DNA from: Candidatus Aminicenantes bacterium
Lineage (GTDB): Bacteria > Acidobacteriota > Aminicenantia > Aminicenantales > JAFGBC01
DNA: 64,000 nucleotides
NCBI GenBank assembly: GCA_963702005.1
Contig: OY969696.1
Coordinates: forward strand, 1,984,001 to 2,048,000
Direction: 5' to 3'
How positions within the stretch are numbered: position 1 is the stretch's first letter; every line of letters starts with the position of its first letter. Position numbers and translations under genes: made by a program. This document shows, piece by piece, positions 9,619 to 19,003 of this stretch. The notes beneath the pieces were generated by a model that saw only the letters and a list, made by a program, of their open reading frames with translations, made no database searches and had not been told where the DNA came from.

Positions 9619-10283
9619 CGGTGCCGGGCATGGTCGAATATGGTATCCGAAAAATAGACAGGAACATTCCTGCGGCCCGGATGGAGTCCTACCTCCGCTC
9701 TCTCCCGGCCCTCCGGGTCGATCAATACCTCTGGCTCAAGAACGGCTACCAGCCCCGGGTCGAGGCCAGGCTGTGCTGGTCCGACCGCTTCCTCTACGTC
9801 CACTTTCGGGCCGAGGAGGACAAGGTCCGGCTCCGCTACCGGCGTTTCCAGGACCCGGTCTGGAAGGACAGCTGCGTCGAGATGTTCATCGATCCCTTTC
9901 CCGAGAAGAAGCGTGGCTATATCAACATCGAGACGAACGCGTTGGGGACGGTCCTGGCGGCGTTCGGAAAGGACAGGTCGAGCCGCATTCCTTTCTCGGC
10001 ATCCCAACTCAAGGAAATGGAGGTCGTCCCCTCCATCACCCGGGCCTGCGACGGCTCCCACGGCGCGCCCTTCTGGACGCTGGCTTACCGGCTTCCCCTG
10101 AGCGTCTTTGAAACCTGCTATGGAGAGCCCGTCCGCCCGGGGCGGGTCGGACGGGCGAATTTCTACAAGTGCGGCGACGAAACGGCGGTTCCCCATTACG
10201 GGGCGTGGAGCCGGGTCGATGCGCCGAAGCCTGATTTTCACCGGCCCGAGTATTTCGGGAAGATCGTTTTCGAGAAGGAATAG
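9615..10283 (+). CDS. Carbohydrate-binding family 9-like protein
   Basis: VWKDSCVEMFIDP, YINIETNALG, ANFYKCGD, PDFHRPEYFG; GTGA overlap with upstream gene. Confidence 0.85.
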   Translation: MTVPGMVEYGIRKIDRNIPAARMESYLRSLPALRVDQYLWLKNGYQPRVEARLCWSDRFLYVHFRAEEDKVRLRYRRFQDPVWKDSCVEMFIDPFPEKKRGYINIETNALGTVLAAFGKDRSSRIPFSASQLKEMEVVPSITRACDGSHGAPFWTLAYRLPLSVFETCYGEPVRPGRVGRANFYKCGDETAVPHYGAWSRVDAPKPDFHRPEYFGKIVFEKE

Positions 10284-10285
10284 GG

Positions 10286-11347
10286 ATGAGAAGACGGCTC
10301 GTCGTTTTTTTGCTTTGGCCGGCGGCGGTTCTCGGCCTGGCGATGCCCGGGCTGGCCGGCCAGACCCGGCGAACGGTCACGGACAATCTGGGTCGGAGCG
10401 TTTCCGTCCCCGAGCGGGCCGAACGCATCCTCTCCCTCCAGCCCGAGATCAGCCGAATTATCATCGCCCTGGGATCGGGGGAGAGGCTTATCGGCGTCGA
10501 TTATTTCCTGAGGCGTTTCGACCACGTCACTCCCATTGTCTTCCCCCGCTCCGCCGAGCTCCCGCTCGTGACCAGGCTGGGCGAAGACGTCAACCTGGAG
10601 CTCGTCCTCGAGCTCAAGCCGGATATCGTCTTCGTCTCCCCTTCGGAATCGTGGCTGGCCGACTCACTTGAAGCGAAGATCCCGGTGCCGGTCGCGGCTT
10701 TTTCCTCGCTGGGTAGCTTCGACAACCTATTCCGGGAGATGGAGTTCGTCGGCGATTTGATAGGGCGGCGCGGCAGGGCCGATGAACTCGTCCGTTTCGC
10801 CCGCTCCGAGTTGAAAGCCGTCCGTGACGGAGTCGATGCCCGGCCGCCGTCATCCCGGCCCCGGGTTTATCTCGCGTTCTACAGCTCGCTCCTCCGGACC
10901 AATGCCTCCTACGAACCCGTCTCCGCGGCGGGAGGAGACAACGTGGCCGCCGGCCTCCTCCCGATGGCGCTGGGGACAAGGGAGGCCGTGGTTAACGTCG
11001 AGCGGCTCCTCGCTTGGAATCCCGACTTCATCCTCATCCAGGGGAATTATCTCCCTGCCGAGCGGGCCGTGACCAAGGAGGCCATCCTCGAAGACGTCCG
11101 GCTCCGGTCGCTGCGGGCCGTCAAAACCCGCCGCGTCACTTATACCTTCGGATTCTGGTATTGGTGGGATCCGGCCCAGGTTCTCCTCGAGACCCGCTAT
11201 TTGGCCCGGCTGTTCCATCCCGAAGCTTTTCCCGATTTCGACTTCGAGGCCGAAGGAAATCGCCTCTATAAAGCCTTTTACGGCCAGGACGGAGTTTTCA
11301 GCCGCATCTCCAAAATACTGAAATGCGATGAGTGGATCCTTGATTAA
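10286..11347 (+). CDS. ABC transporter substrate-binding protein, iron-siderophore/cobalamin type
   Basis: VTDNLGRSV.VP...ERI, NLELVLELKPD, VERLLAWNPD; signal peptide. Confidence 0.88.
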   Translation: MRRRLVVFLLWPAAVLGLAMPGLAGQTRRTVTDNLGRSVSVPERAERILSLQPEISRIIIALGSGERLIGVDYFLRRFDHVTPIVFPRSAELPLVTRLGEDVNLELVLELKPDIVFVSPSESWLADSLEAKIPVPVAAFSSLGSFDNLFREMEFVGDLIGRRGRADELVRFARSELKAVRDGVDARPPSSRPRVYLAFYSSLLRTNASYEPVSAAGGDNVAAGLLPMALGTREAVVNVERLLAWNPDFILIQGNYLPAERAVTKEAILEDVRLRSLRAVKTRRVTYTFGFWYWWDPAQVLLETRYLARLFHPEAFPDFDFEAEGNRLYKAFYGQDGVFSRISKILKCDEWILD

Positions 11348-12347
11348 ACGAACTGGATTTTGGACGCTCCTATCCGTGCTGTTGCCGCTTCTTATCCTTA
11401 TCCTGTCCCTGGCCGTCGGGTCCTACCGGATTCCGCCCAAGGACCTCTTCCACACCGTAGCCGGCCTCATCGCCCCATCCCGCCATCCTGATCTTCCGGC
11501 GGCCTACAAGGATATCCTGCTCCTTATTCGCCTGCCCCGGCTTCTCCTGGCCCTCGTCGTCGGGGCGTCCCTGTCCTTGTCCGGGGCCGCTCTCCAAGCT
11601 TTGTTCAAGAATCCCCTCGTCAATGAGTACATCCTCGGCATTTCCTCGGGGGCGGGGTTCGGGGCCGCCCTGTCGCTGGTGTTTCTGGGCCGGGGGTTTC
11701 CGCCCCAAGTCGCGGCCTTCGGCTTCGCCCTTCTGGCCGTCGTTGCCGTCTTGGCCATCGCCGGCCGGTCGGAAGCCTTGGTCGTCCCGCTCCTGCTGAC
11801 CGGGGTCGTCGTTTCGGCCTTCTTTCAAGCCTTGCTCGCCCTCGTCGTCTACTTCGCGAGTCCCTACGCTCTCCAGACTCTCTTCTTCTGGCTCATGGGG
11901 AACCTGGCTCTGGGAACTTGGCGCGATGTCCTCCTGGCCGGGCCGGTCATGCTGGCGGCGACCGGCGTTCTCCTCCTCATGCGCTGGCGGCTCAACGTCC
12001 TGTCCATGGGTGAGACCGAAGCCCGTTCGCTGGGCGTCCAGGTCCGGCGTGAGAAGATCCTGGTCATCCTGGTCGCGACCTTGGCCACGGCCGCGGCGAC
12101 CTCGGTCGCCGGCATCATCGGCTGGGTCGGGCTGATCGGTCCCCATCTCGTCCGGATGGCCGTCGGCGCCGAAAACCGGAGGGTCATTCCCCTCTCGGCC
12201 GCCTGCGGGGCGTGCTTCCTGATGCTGGCCGACGACGCCGCCCGGATGGCCGTGTCCTTCGAGATCCCGGTCGGGATTTTCACCAGCATCCTGGGCATTC
12301 CCATCTTTGTCTATCTCCTGAGCAGGGCCAAGAAGGTCTGGCTGTGA
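11328..12347 (+). CDS. FecCD/BtuC-family ABC permease
   Basis: IRLPRLL, LQALFKNPL, GISSGAGFGA, GIIGWVGLIGPH, EIPVGI. Confidence 0.92.
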   Translation: MSGSLIKRTGFWTLLSVLLPLLILILSLAVGSYRIPPKDLFHTVAGLIAPSRHPDLPAAYKDILLLIRLPRLLLALVVGASLSLSGAALQALFKNPLVNEYILGISSGAGFGAALSLVFLGRGFPPQVAAFGFALLAVVAVLAIAGRSEALVVPLLLTGVVVSAFFQALLALVVYFASPYALQTLFFWLMGNLALGTWRDVLLAGPVMLAATGVLLLMRWRLNVLSMGETEARSLGVQVRREKILVILVATLATAAATSVAGIIGWVGLIGPHLVRMAVGAENRRVIPLSAACGACFLMLADDAARMAVSFEIPVGIFTSILGIPIFVYLLSRAKKVWL

Positions 12348-13102
12348 GCATCCGGGTCAGCAACCTAAGCTTCGACTACAAGGATTTCCACCTCCGCATC
12401 CCGGACCTCGAGTTCGAAAAGTCCCGGCTGACCGCGATCGTCGGGCCGAACGGCGCGGGCAAGACGACTTTTCTCAAGTGCCTGGGGTCGCTCCTTCCGA
12501 TTTCGGCCGGGGCCGTCTTCGTTGACGATCGCGACCTCGTCCATTTCAAGAATAGGGAGCGGGCCCGCAGGATCGGCTTCGTGCCACAGGAGCACGGCTC
12601 GGTCTTTAACTACACCGTGCAGGATTTCGTCCTCCTGGGACGGGCCGCCCATCTTTCCGTTTTCGCGACACCCTCCGCCGATGATGAGCGCCTGGCGCGC
12701 GAAGCCCTGGACTACGTCGGCCTGGAGGCTTTCGGCGACCGTCCGATCTCGCAGCTTTCGAGCGGGGAGCGCCGTCTGGCCCTGATCGCCAGGTCCTTGG
12801 CCCAAGCCACCGAGATCCTGCTCATGGACGAGCCCACCACCTTCCTCGACATGAAGCACGAGGTCGAGATTCTCGACTTCATCCTGAAGCTGGCCAAGGA
12901 GAAGGGGAAAACGCTGGTCTGCAGCCTCCATAACCTGGATATGGCCATCAAGTACGCCGATGCCTTGGTTTTCATGAAAGAAGGAGCCGTCCTGGCCGCG
13001 GGCCCGCCCGATTCGGTCCTAAGCGAAGCGCTTCTCGAAAGGGTCTACGACGTCCCGATCCGGATTGTGAGCTTCGACGGCCGCAAAATCATCTTGCGCT
13101 AA
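12344..13102 (+). CDS. FecE/BtuD-family ABC ATP-binding protein
   Basis: GPNGAGKTT, LSSGE, LLMDEPT and H-loop; GTG start overlapping permease stop. Confidence 0.92.
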   Translation: MSIRVSNLSFDYKDFHLRIPDLEFEKSRLTAIVGPNGAGKTTFLKCLGSLLPISAGAVFVDDRDLVHFKNRERARRIGFVPQEHGSVFNYTVQDFVLLGRAAHLSVFATPSADDERLAREALDYVGLEAFGDRPISQLSSGERRLALIARSLAQATEILLMDEPTTFLDMKHEVEILDFILKLAKEKGKTLVCSLHNLDMAIKYADALVFMKEGAVLAAGPPDSVLSEALLERVYDVPIRIVSFDGRKIILR

Positions 13103-13105
13103 TTA

Positions 13106-14207
13106 TTGACATACGCATAAATAATGGAATCTTTCCTTGAATTGAGCTATACTATGAGCCATGAGACCTCCAGGAAGCCCCCAGCAACTCGAACAGCGTC
13201 GCCACCGGGCCATCCGATTGCTCCAAAAGGGATTGTCGATGGCCGAGGTGGCCAAAGAAGTCGGGGCCTCGATCAGCTCCGTCTTCCGATGGCAACACGC
13301 CTTCCACAAGAGCGGCTCCAAAGGACTGGAATGCGTTCCCGCGACTGGACGCCCTCCCAAACTCTCTCCCCGGCAGAAAAAGAAAGTCATCGGCCTACTC
13401 TTGCGCGGTCCCGTAGCGTTCGGTTATTCGACGGATCTTTGGACCACGCGGCGAGTCGCCGAAGTGATTGGCAGAGAATTTCGGATCGATTATCATCCCA
13501 ATCATATCTGGCGTGTCCTAATGGGATTGGGATGGAGCTGCCAGAAGCCGGAACGTCGGGCGCGGGAACGCGACGAAGCGACCATCGAAGACTGGAGAAA
13601 AGTCCGCTGGCCGGCCATAAAAAAAAACTCTGGCACGTGGCGCCCATCTGGTCTTTCTGGATGAAAGCGGCTTTCTCCTGCTTCCGCATGTCGTTCGGAC
13701 GTGGGCTCCCCGGGGCCAGACGCCCATCCTTAAACATTTTTATCGGAGAGATCGGGTGTCGGTGATTTCGGCGTTGACACTCTCCCCGAAGAAACGCCGG
13801 TGCGGACTGTTTTTCCGGGTTCATCCCCGGAACATCAAATCGGACGAGGTCGTCGCTTTTCTTCGAGGGTTGTTCCGTCATCTGCGTGGTCCGATCGTTC
13901 TGTTGTGGGATCGGGGCTTGATCCATAGAGGGAAAGCCGTGAAGACCCTTTTGGCCCATCGACAGAAAGTCCAAGAGGAATGGTTCCCGGCTTATGCTCC
14001 AGAGTTGAATCCCGCGGAATACGTTTGGGCGCAATCGAAAAGGAAATTGGCGAATGGATGTCCGCGCGGTACGGCAGAGCTGAATCTGATGGTGCACGCC
14101 AGCCTCACCGAGATTGATTCGTCTCAAAAACTGCTCCGCTCTTGCCTTTTCGCCTCGACCCTTTTTAAACCGAAAGAACTATGTTCCATTATTTATGCGT
14201 AACTCAA
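13106..14207 (+). mobile_element. IS630-family insertion sequence (1102 bp)
   Basis: 24-bp terminal inverted repeats (13106-13129 / 14184-14207, 2 mismatches), TA duplicated on both sides (13104-13105, 14208-14209), lower GC than flanks. Confidence 0.92.
13161..14202 (+). CDS. IS630 transposase (HTH ORF 13161-13664 plus DDE ORF in +1 frame, joined at A9 run)
   Basis: ORF A has HTH, GRPPKL and WT motifs. ORF B opens at 13621 and reads VFLDESGF...LLWDRG..H...PAYAPELNPAEYVW. Fused product about 346 aa. Confidence 0.88.
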
Positions 14208-14336
14208 TAATTGGTGATGCTCCACCGTGTCCCTGATTTCCTGATCGCTGGCGGCTAGATACGACGCCCGCCTGAGGCGTGTCTGGACATGGAAAGTGTT
14301 TTAATATAGGCTGGTATCAGTGCCAAGGAGGGCGGT

Positions 14337-16415
14337 ATGAAAACCATGAAAGCCAAAGGGATCGTTTTCTTTCTGTGTATCGCGTGCGCCGCGCTCTTCG
14401 CGGCTCAAACCGGGTCCGGACCCAGCCCGGCCTTGAAACCGGCCGGGGTCGGCGGCTCAGCTCCGATTTACTTTATAGCCAACGGCGGCCAGACCGATGC
14501 TGCGGCGCTCTATTATGCCAGGACGCCGGGTTTTACCCTATGGGTGACCCGAGAGGGCCTGGTTTTCGACCGGATCGAGAAGGATCTAAAAGGCGGGCCC
14601 GGCAGGTCCGTAACCAGGATGGTTTTCAAGAACGCCAACAAAGATGTCAGGGCTGCGGCCTTGGACCCGACCGACTACCGGGTGAGCTATTTCCTGGGGC
14701 GGGACGAGCCCGAGTGGAAGGCGGACATCCCGACCTCCAGGGCCGTCCTCTATAAAAATCTCTACGACGGCATCGACCTCAAAGTCTACGGCATCGACAA
14801 TCAAATCGAATACGATTGGATCGTCGGCCCGAGGGCCAGGCCCGAGAAAATCCGCTTCGCTTATTCCGGAGCGCGAAAGACAAGCCTCGACGGGGAAGGC
14901 AACCTGGCGGTCGAAACCTTGGCGGGCCGAATTCTCCACCGTAAGCCGCGCGCCCATCAGGTCATCGCGGGCCGCAGGGTCGATGTCGAGGCCGCCTTTC
15001 GCGGGACGGGGGAGGGCGCCTACGGTTTCGCGGTCGGGTTTTATGATCGGCGATTCGATCTCATCATCGATCCTCTCGTCCTCGCCTATTCGACTTACTT
15101 AGGCGGGTATAACCAGGACTATGCTCTTAAAATCGCCGTGGATCCGACAGGCGCCGCCTATGTCTGCGGCGCTACGCTCAGTAATGACTTTCCGCCCGTC
15201 ACCCAGACTCTTCCCCGGGAGGATATCTTCGTCACGAAATTTTCCCCGGACGGAAAGAGCTTGATATACACGGCGTTCTTCCCGTCCGCCTATCAAGCCG
15301 AAATCATAGGGATGGCGGTGGACGCCAAAGGCTTCGTTTATCTGGCCGGGTCGACGATGACGGCAAAATTCCCGGTCAAGAACGCTTTCCAGGCCACGGC
15401 CGGCGGCGGAATCGCTGATGGATTTATCCTGAAGCTGGCCAGGAGCGGGAAGAGCCTGATCTATTCATCCTATATCGGCGGGACGAAATTGGACGTCAGC
15501 ACGTCGGTCCGGGCCGACGCGAGCGGCGCGGCTTACATCGGAGGCTACACGGAAAGCCCGAACTTTCCAACCAAGAAGGCTTATCAAAAAACCCTCGGCG
15601 GCCGCAAGGACGCCTTTTTGGCAAAAGTTGCGCCCCTCGGAACCAGTCTTGTTTACTCTACACTCCTTGGGGGCTCCGGAGATGATTATGGTTTGGCCCT
15701 TGCCGCGGACTCCGCCGGCGCCGTTACGATCGCGGGCATTACCGGAAGCCGCCAGTTCCCCATCAAGTCCGCCTTTCAGAAAGGCTACGGCGGGGGGAGC
15801 GGGGATGCGTTCGTCACTAAATTCTCTCCGGCTGGGGACAGCCTGATCTTTTCTTCTTATCTCGGCGGATCGAGCTACGAATGGGCTGGCGATTTGGCCT
15901 TGGACGCGAGCGGAGCTGCTTATGTCGTCGGCGCGACTGAAGGGAGTTTTCCCCTCAAGAACGCGTTTCAGAAAATGCGCAAGGGCGGATATGAAGCCTT
16001 CATCACGAAAATAGCGTCCGGCGGCAAATCCCTCGTCTATTCGAGCTACTTGGGCGGCGGCGGAACGGATGAGGCTAACGGGGTCGCGGTGGACGGAACC
16101 GGTACGGCCTATATCACCGGCTATACCACGAGCCCCAATTTTCCGATCAAGTCGCCCTTCCAGGCCGCCCGCCATGGAAGCCAGGACTGTTTTTTAACGG
16201 TTGTCGACCCGAGCGGTCTCAAGCTCCTGTCCTCGACCTACCTGGGTGGCAGCTACAGGGACGCCGCTTATGGAATTGCCCTCGACACGAGCGGGGCCAT
16301 TTATATCTGCGGCTATACGAACAGCCTCGACTTCCCTCTTCTCACCCCCTATCAGAGCGCGCTGGCCGGAGATATGGACGCCTTTTTCGTCAAATTTTCG
16401 CAGGGGAACGATTGA
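14337..16415 (+). CDS. Exported SBBP-repeat protein (N-terminal beta domain plus propeller)
   Basis: FIANGGQ, LYDGIDL, EYDWIV.P, LIIDP.L.YSTYLGG and about 7 YSTYLGG/DAFVTK repeats. Confidence 0.88.
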   Translation: MKTMKAKGIVFFLCIACAALFAAQTGSGPSPALKPAGVGGSAPIYFIANGGQTDAAALYYARTPGFTLWVTREGLVFDRIEKDLKGGPGRSVTRMVFKNANKDVRAAALDPTDYRVSYFLGRDEPEWKADIPTSRAVLYKNLYDGIDLKVYGIDNQIEYDWIVGPRARPEKIRFAYSGARKTSLDGEGNLAVETLAGRILHRKPRAHQVIAGRRVDVEAAFRGTGEGAYGFAVGFYDRRFDLIIDPLVLAYSTYLGGYNQDYALKIAVDPTGAAYVCGATLSNDFPPVTQTLPREDIFVTKFSPDGKSLIYTAFFPSAYQAEIIGMAVDAKGFVYLAGSTMTAKFPVKNAFQATAGGGIADGFILKLARSGKSLIYSSYIGGTKLDVSTSVRADASGAAYIGGYTESPNFPTKKAYQKTLGGRKDAFLAKVAPLGTSLVYSTLLGGSGDDYGLALAADSAGAVTIAGITGSRQFPIKSAFQKGYGGGSGDAFVTKFSPAGDSLIFSSYLGGSSYEWAGDLALDASGAAYVVGATEGSFPLKNAFQKMRKGGYEAFITKIASGGKSLVYSSYLGGGGTDEANGVAVDGTGTAYITGYTTSPNFPIKSPFQAARHGSQDCFLTVVDPSGLKLLSSTYLGGSYRDAAYGIALDTSGAIYICGYTNSLDFPLLTPYQSALAGDMDAFFVKFSQGND

Positions 16416-16537
16416 GGGATATTATCACCCAATCCGAATAAGCCCGCGATACCGCGCCGATGTCGCCCGAGTATTGATATTGATCTGGGACGGGATTTTT
16501 TATACACTCCGGGCATAACTCTGGGAGGGAATGGAAC

Positions 16538-17800
16538 ATGGAATTTAAAGAAAATAGCCGGGTCGAAGCTCGGCGGGCGATATGTTCGGCGATCGTTGGC
16601 GCCATTTTGCTGAGTATTCCGGCTCGGCCCGCTTCAGCCACCGAGTTCGACAAGCCCCTGAACGTTTCGAGAAGCCGCACGCGAACCGATACGCTGGCCG
16701 CCATCGCCGTCGACCCGAACAACAAGGTCCATATCGCCTGGAACGCGTTTTATCCTAAAACCGGAGCCCCCGACGGCGTCGCGGCGGATATCTATTACAC
16801 GACCAACGTTTCAGGCAAGTTCAGCGCGCCCGTCAGAATCAGCGTCCCGGCCGGCTGGTACTCGCGGGATGCCTCCATCGCCGTTGACGCGAAAGGACAT
16901 GCCCATATCGTCTTCCGGAGGAGCATGGACCAGATGAGCGTCTTGAGCGGGGACGATCTCTATTACGTGACCAACGCGAAGGGCGATTTCAAGCACCCGG
17001 TCCTATTGGTCGACGGGCAGTCTAAAACAAAACCAATGGGCCCCGGTGAAGTTGAGGCGCCACACTGCCCGCTTGTCCACTGTGATGGGCAGGGCCATGT
17101 GCATCTTACGTTTCTGGCCGAAGCAATCGGCAGCCAATGGTTGAAGGCTTATGTCGTTTATATGAACAATCGATCGGGCGCCTGGACGAAGCCCGCTCTC
17201 GCCGTCCAGGGAGATTTTCTCATCGAACACTCTTCGTGCCTGGATCGGAATGGTTTTGTCCATATCGCGTTTCGAGCGAACGATGCAAAGCAGATCGGCC
17301 GTATTTTCTATTCAAATAATAAAAGCGGGAAGTTTTCTGAGCCGATTAGAGCCTCTTCTTCAAAACATGAACATGCTAGCGAACCCCAAATTGCCACAGA
17401 TAGCAAGGGGAAGGCCCATATCGTCTTCAGGGCGCCCTACGTCACGCCCGGGACGCCGGATCTTTTTTATGTGAACAACGTCACTGGGAGTTTCAAGTCC
17501 TGGAAGCCCGTTTGCGTCGATAACTGTAATTATATTCCTCAGATCGCCGTCGATTCCTCCAACATCGTCCACATCGCCTATAAAGAGTTCATCGTATATG
17601 GCGGCTATCTCCATTACGGTAACAACGGCACGGGCGAATTCAAGTTTACGACATATGGGGGACTGAGCGCTTCCTGGTACGTCGGGTCCCGTTACTTCGC
17701 TCTCGGAAAAGGCGCGAGTCTTCACTTCGCGGTCTATGACTTCGTGGATAATCCCCCCGACGAGGAGATTTTTTATCTGAGCGGATCCTGGGCCAAGTGA
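16538..17800 (+). CDS. Exported hypothetical beta-propeller protein
   Basis: Signal peptide and repeated IAVD..G..HI.F / YY.NN.SG.F..P units; lower GC. Confidence 0.75.
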   Translation: MEFKENSRVEARRAICSAIVGAILLSIPARPASATEFDKPLNVSRSRTRTDTLAAIAVDPNNKVHIAWNAFYPKTGAPDGVAADIYYTTNVSGKFSAPVRISVPAGWYSRDASIAVDAKGHAHIVFRRSMDQMSVLSGDDLYYVTNAKGDFKHPVLLVDGQSKTKPMGPGEVEAPHCPLVHCDGQGHVHLTFLAEAIGSQWLKAYVVYMNNRSGAWTKPALAVQGDFLIEHSSCLDRNGFVHIAFRANDAKQIGRIFYSNNKSGKFSEPIRASSSKHEHASEPQIATDSKGKAHIVFRAPYVTPGTPDLFYVNNVTGSFKSWKPVCVDNCNYIPQIAVDSSNIVHIAYKEFIVYGGYLHYGNNGTGEFKFTTYGGLSASWYVGSRYFALGKGASLHFAVYDFVDNPPDEEIFYLSGSWAK

Positions 17801-17829
17801 CCGCGAAGGGATGATGTCAAAAAAGACGG

Positions 17830-19002
17830 CTACTTGAGCTTTTCCTGGCCGGCGAAAGAGCGGTAGGGAGAGAGGTAAGTCAGGGTTTCTTCATCCTCCG
17901 CGGTCGTCTTTTTCAGGACCATCCGGGTCAGCAGCTCTCCCAGGCCCGGCCCGAGCATGAATCCCTGGCCGCACATGCCGGCCGCTTGCAAGAAGCCTTC
18001 GGCCTCTTTCGACCAGCCCACGACCGGGAAGCCGTCCGGCGTCATGGGGTAGAGGCCGCGCCAGGTCCGTCGAACCCGGATATTCTTGAGCCGGGGCATG
18101 AGGTCAACCATCCTTTTCGCGACCATTGGCAGGAACGAGCTTGTCTCCCTGACGTCCTCGCCCCAGATGCTGGGGCTGGGCGTGATGCAGAAGATGACCT
18201 GCCCCGTGAAGTGCTGGTAAAAATAGTAGTTGGCCGATCCCGCCACGGGCTGGGTGTCCACGACCAGCGGGCCGAGGAAACGGGCCACCGGCTCGGTCAC
18301 GGCCGCTTCGTGGGAGTCGGGCCGGACGGGGATATCGCTCCCGGCCATCGCGGCCACGGCCTTGGCCCTGGGCCCGGCGGCGTTGATGACGACCGGCGCG
18401 AAGTACTCGCCCTTGTCGGTCTCGACCCCCCGAATCAGCCCGGCTTCGATGAGGAGGCTCATCGCCGTTTCGCGGAAATGAAAGTCCGTCCCCAAGCCCT
18501 TCGCCCGCCTGAAAAACGCCCAAGCGGAGAGCAGGGGAGAGGCGTTGCCGTCGTCGGGCGAGAAGGTGCCGCCCCTCAGCCCGCGCGGGTTGAGGTCGGG
18601 GATGATCCTAAGCAGGTCGCGCCCCTCGTGCCAGTCGATGGCGAGGCCGAACTTCTTCTGGACGGGGAGGAGCTCCTTGAGGATCTGTTCCTCTTCGTCC
18701 CCGTAGGCGACGAAGGAATAGCCGCCCTTGAACCATTCGAGGTCATCTCCGTGAGTTTCTTTCCAGCTCGCGAAGATCTCCAGGCTGCGCAGGCAGAGCC
18801 GGATCTTGGCCGGGTCGGAGTGGGTCGCCCTGAGCCCTCCGATGGCACGCTTGTTCGATCCCTGGCCGGCGCTGGGAAGCTCGTCGAGGACAAGAGTCCT
18901 CAGTCCCGCCTCGGCCAGCGAGCAGGCGGCCGGCATTCCGATGCTTCCCGCGCCGATGACGATGACGTCGTAGTTTTTGCGAGCCGGGGCCGGAGCGGTC
19001 AT
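17830..19002 (-). CDS. FAD-dependent oxidoreductase, sarcosine oxidase beta / proline dehydrogenase beta-like
   Basis: VIVIGAGSIG, VINAAG, WRGLYPMTPDGFPVVG, GMCGQGFMLGP. Confidence 0.88.
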   Translation of the reverse strand: MTAPAPARKNYDVIVIGAGSIGMPAACSLAEAGLRTLVLDELPSAGQGSNKRAIGGLRATHSDPAKIRLCLRSLEIFASWKETHGDDLEWFKGGYSFVAYGDEEEQILKELLPVQKKFGLAIDWHEGRDLLRIIPDLNPRGLRGGTFSPDDGNASPLLSAWAFFRRAKGLGTDFHFRETAMSLLIEAGLIRGVETDKGEYFAPVVINAAGPRAKAVAAMAGSDIPVRPDSHEAAVTEPVARFLGPLVVDTQPVAGSANYYFYQHFTGQVIFCITPSPSIWGEDVRETSSFLPMVAKRMVDLMPRLKNIRVRRTWRGLYPMTPDGFPVVGWSKEAEGFLQAAGMCGQGFMLGPGLGELLTRMVLKKTTAEDEETLTYLSPYRSFAGQEKLK

Positions 19003-19003
19003 C

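Noticed and set aside
10238-10290. Cobalamin riboswitch or Fur box ahead of the ABC transporter
   Set aside because: The intergenic gap is only 2 bp, and no such motif was recognised upstream of the operon.
13387-14127. 246-aa antisense ORF within IS630 as a cargo gene
   Set aside because: It lies wholly opposite the transposase and has no recognisable domain.
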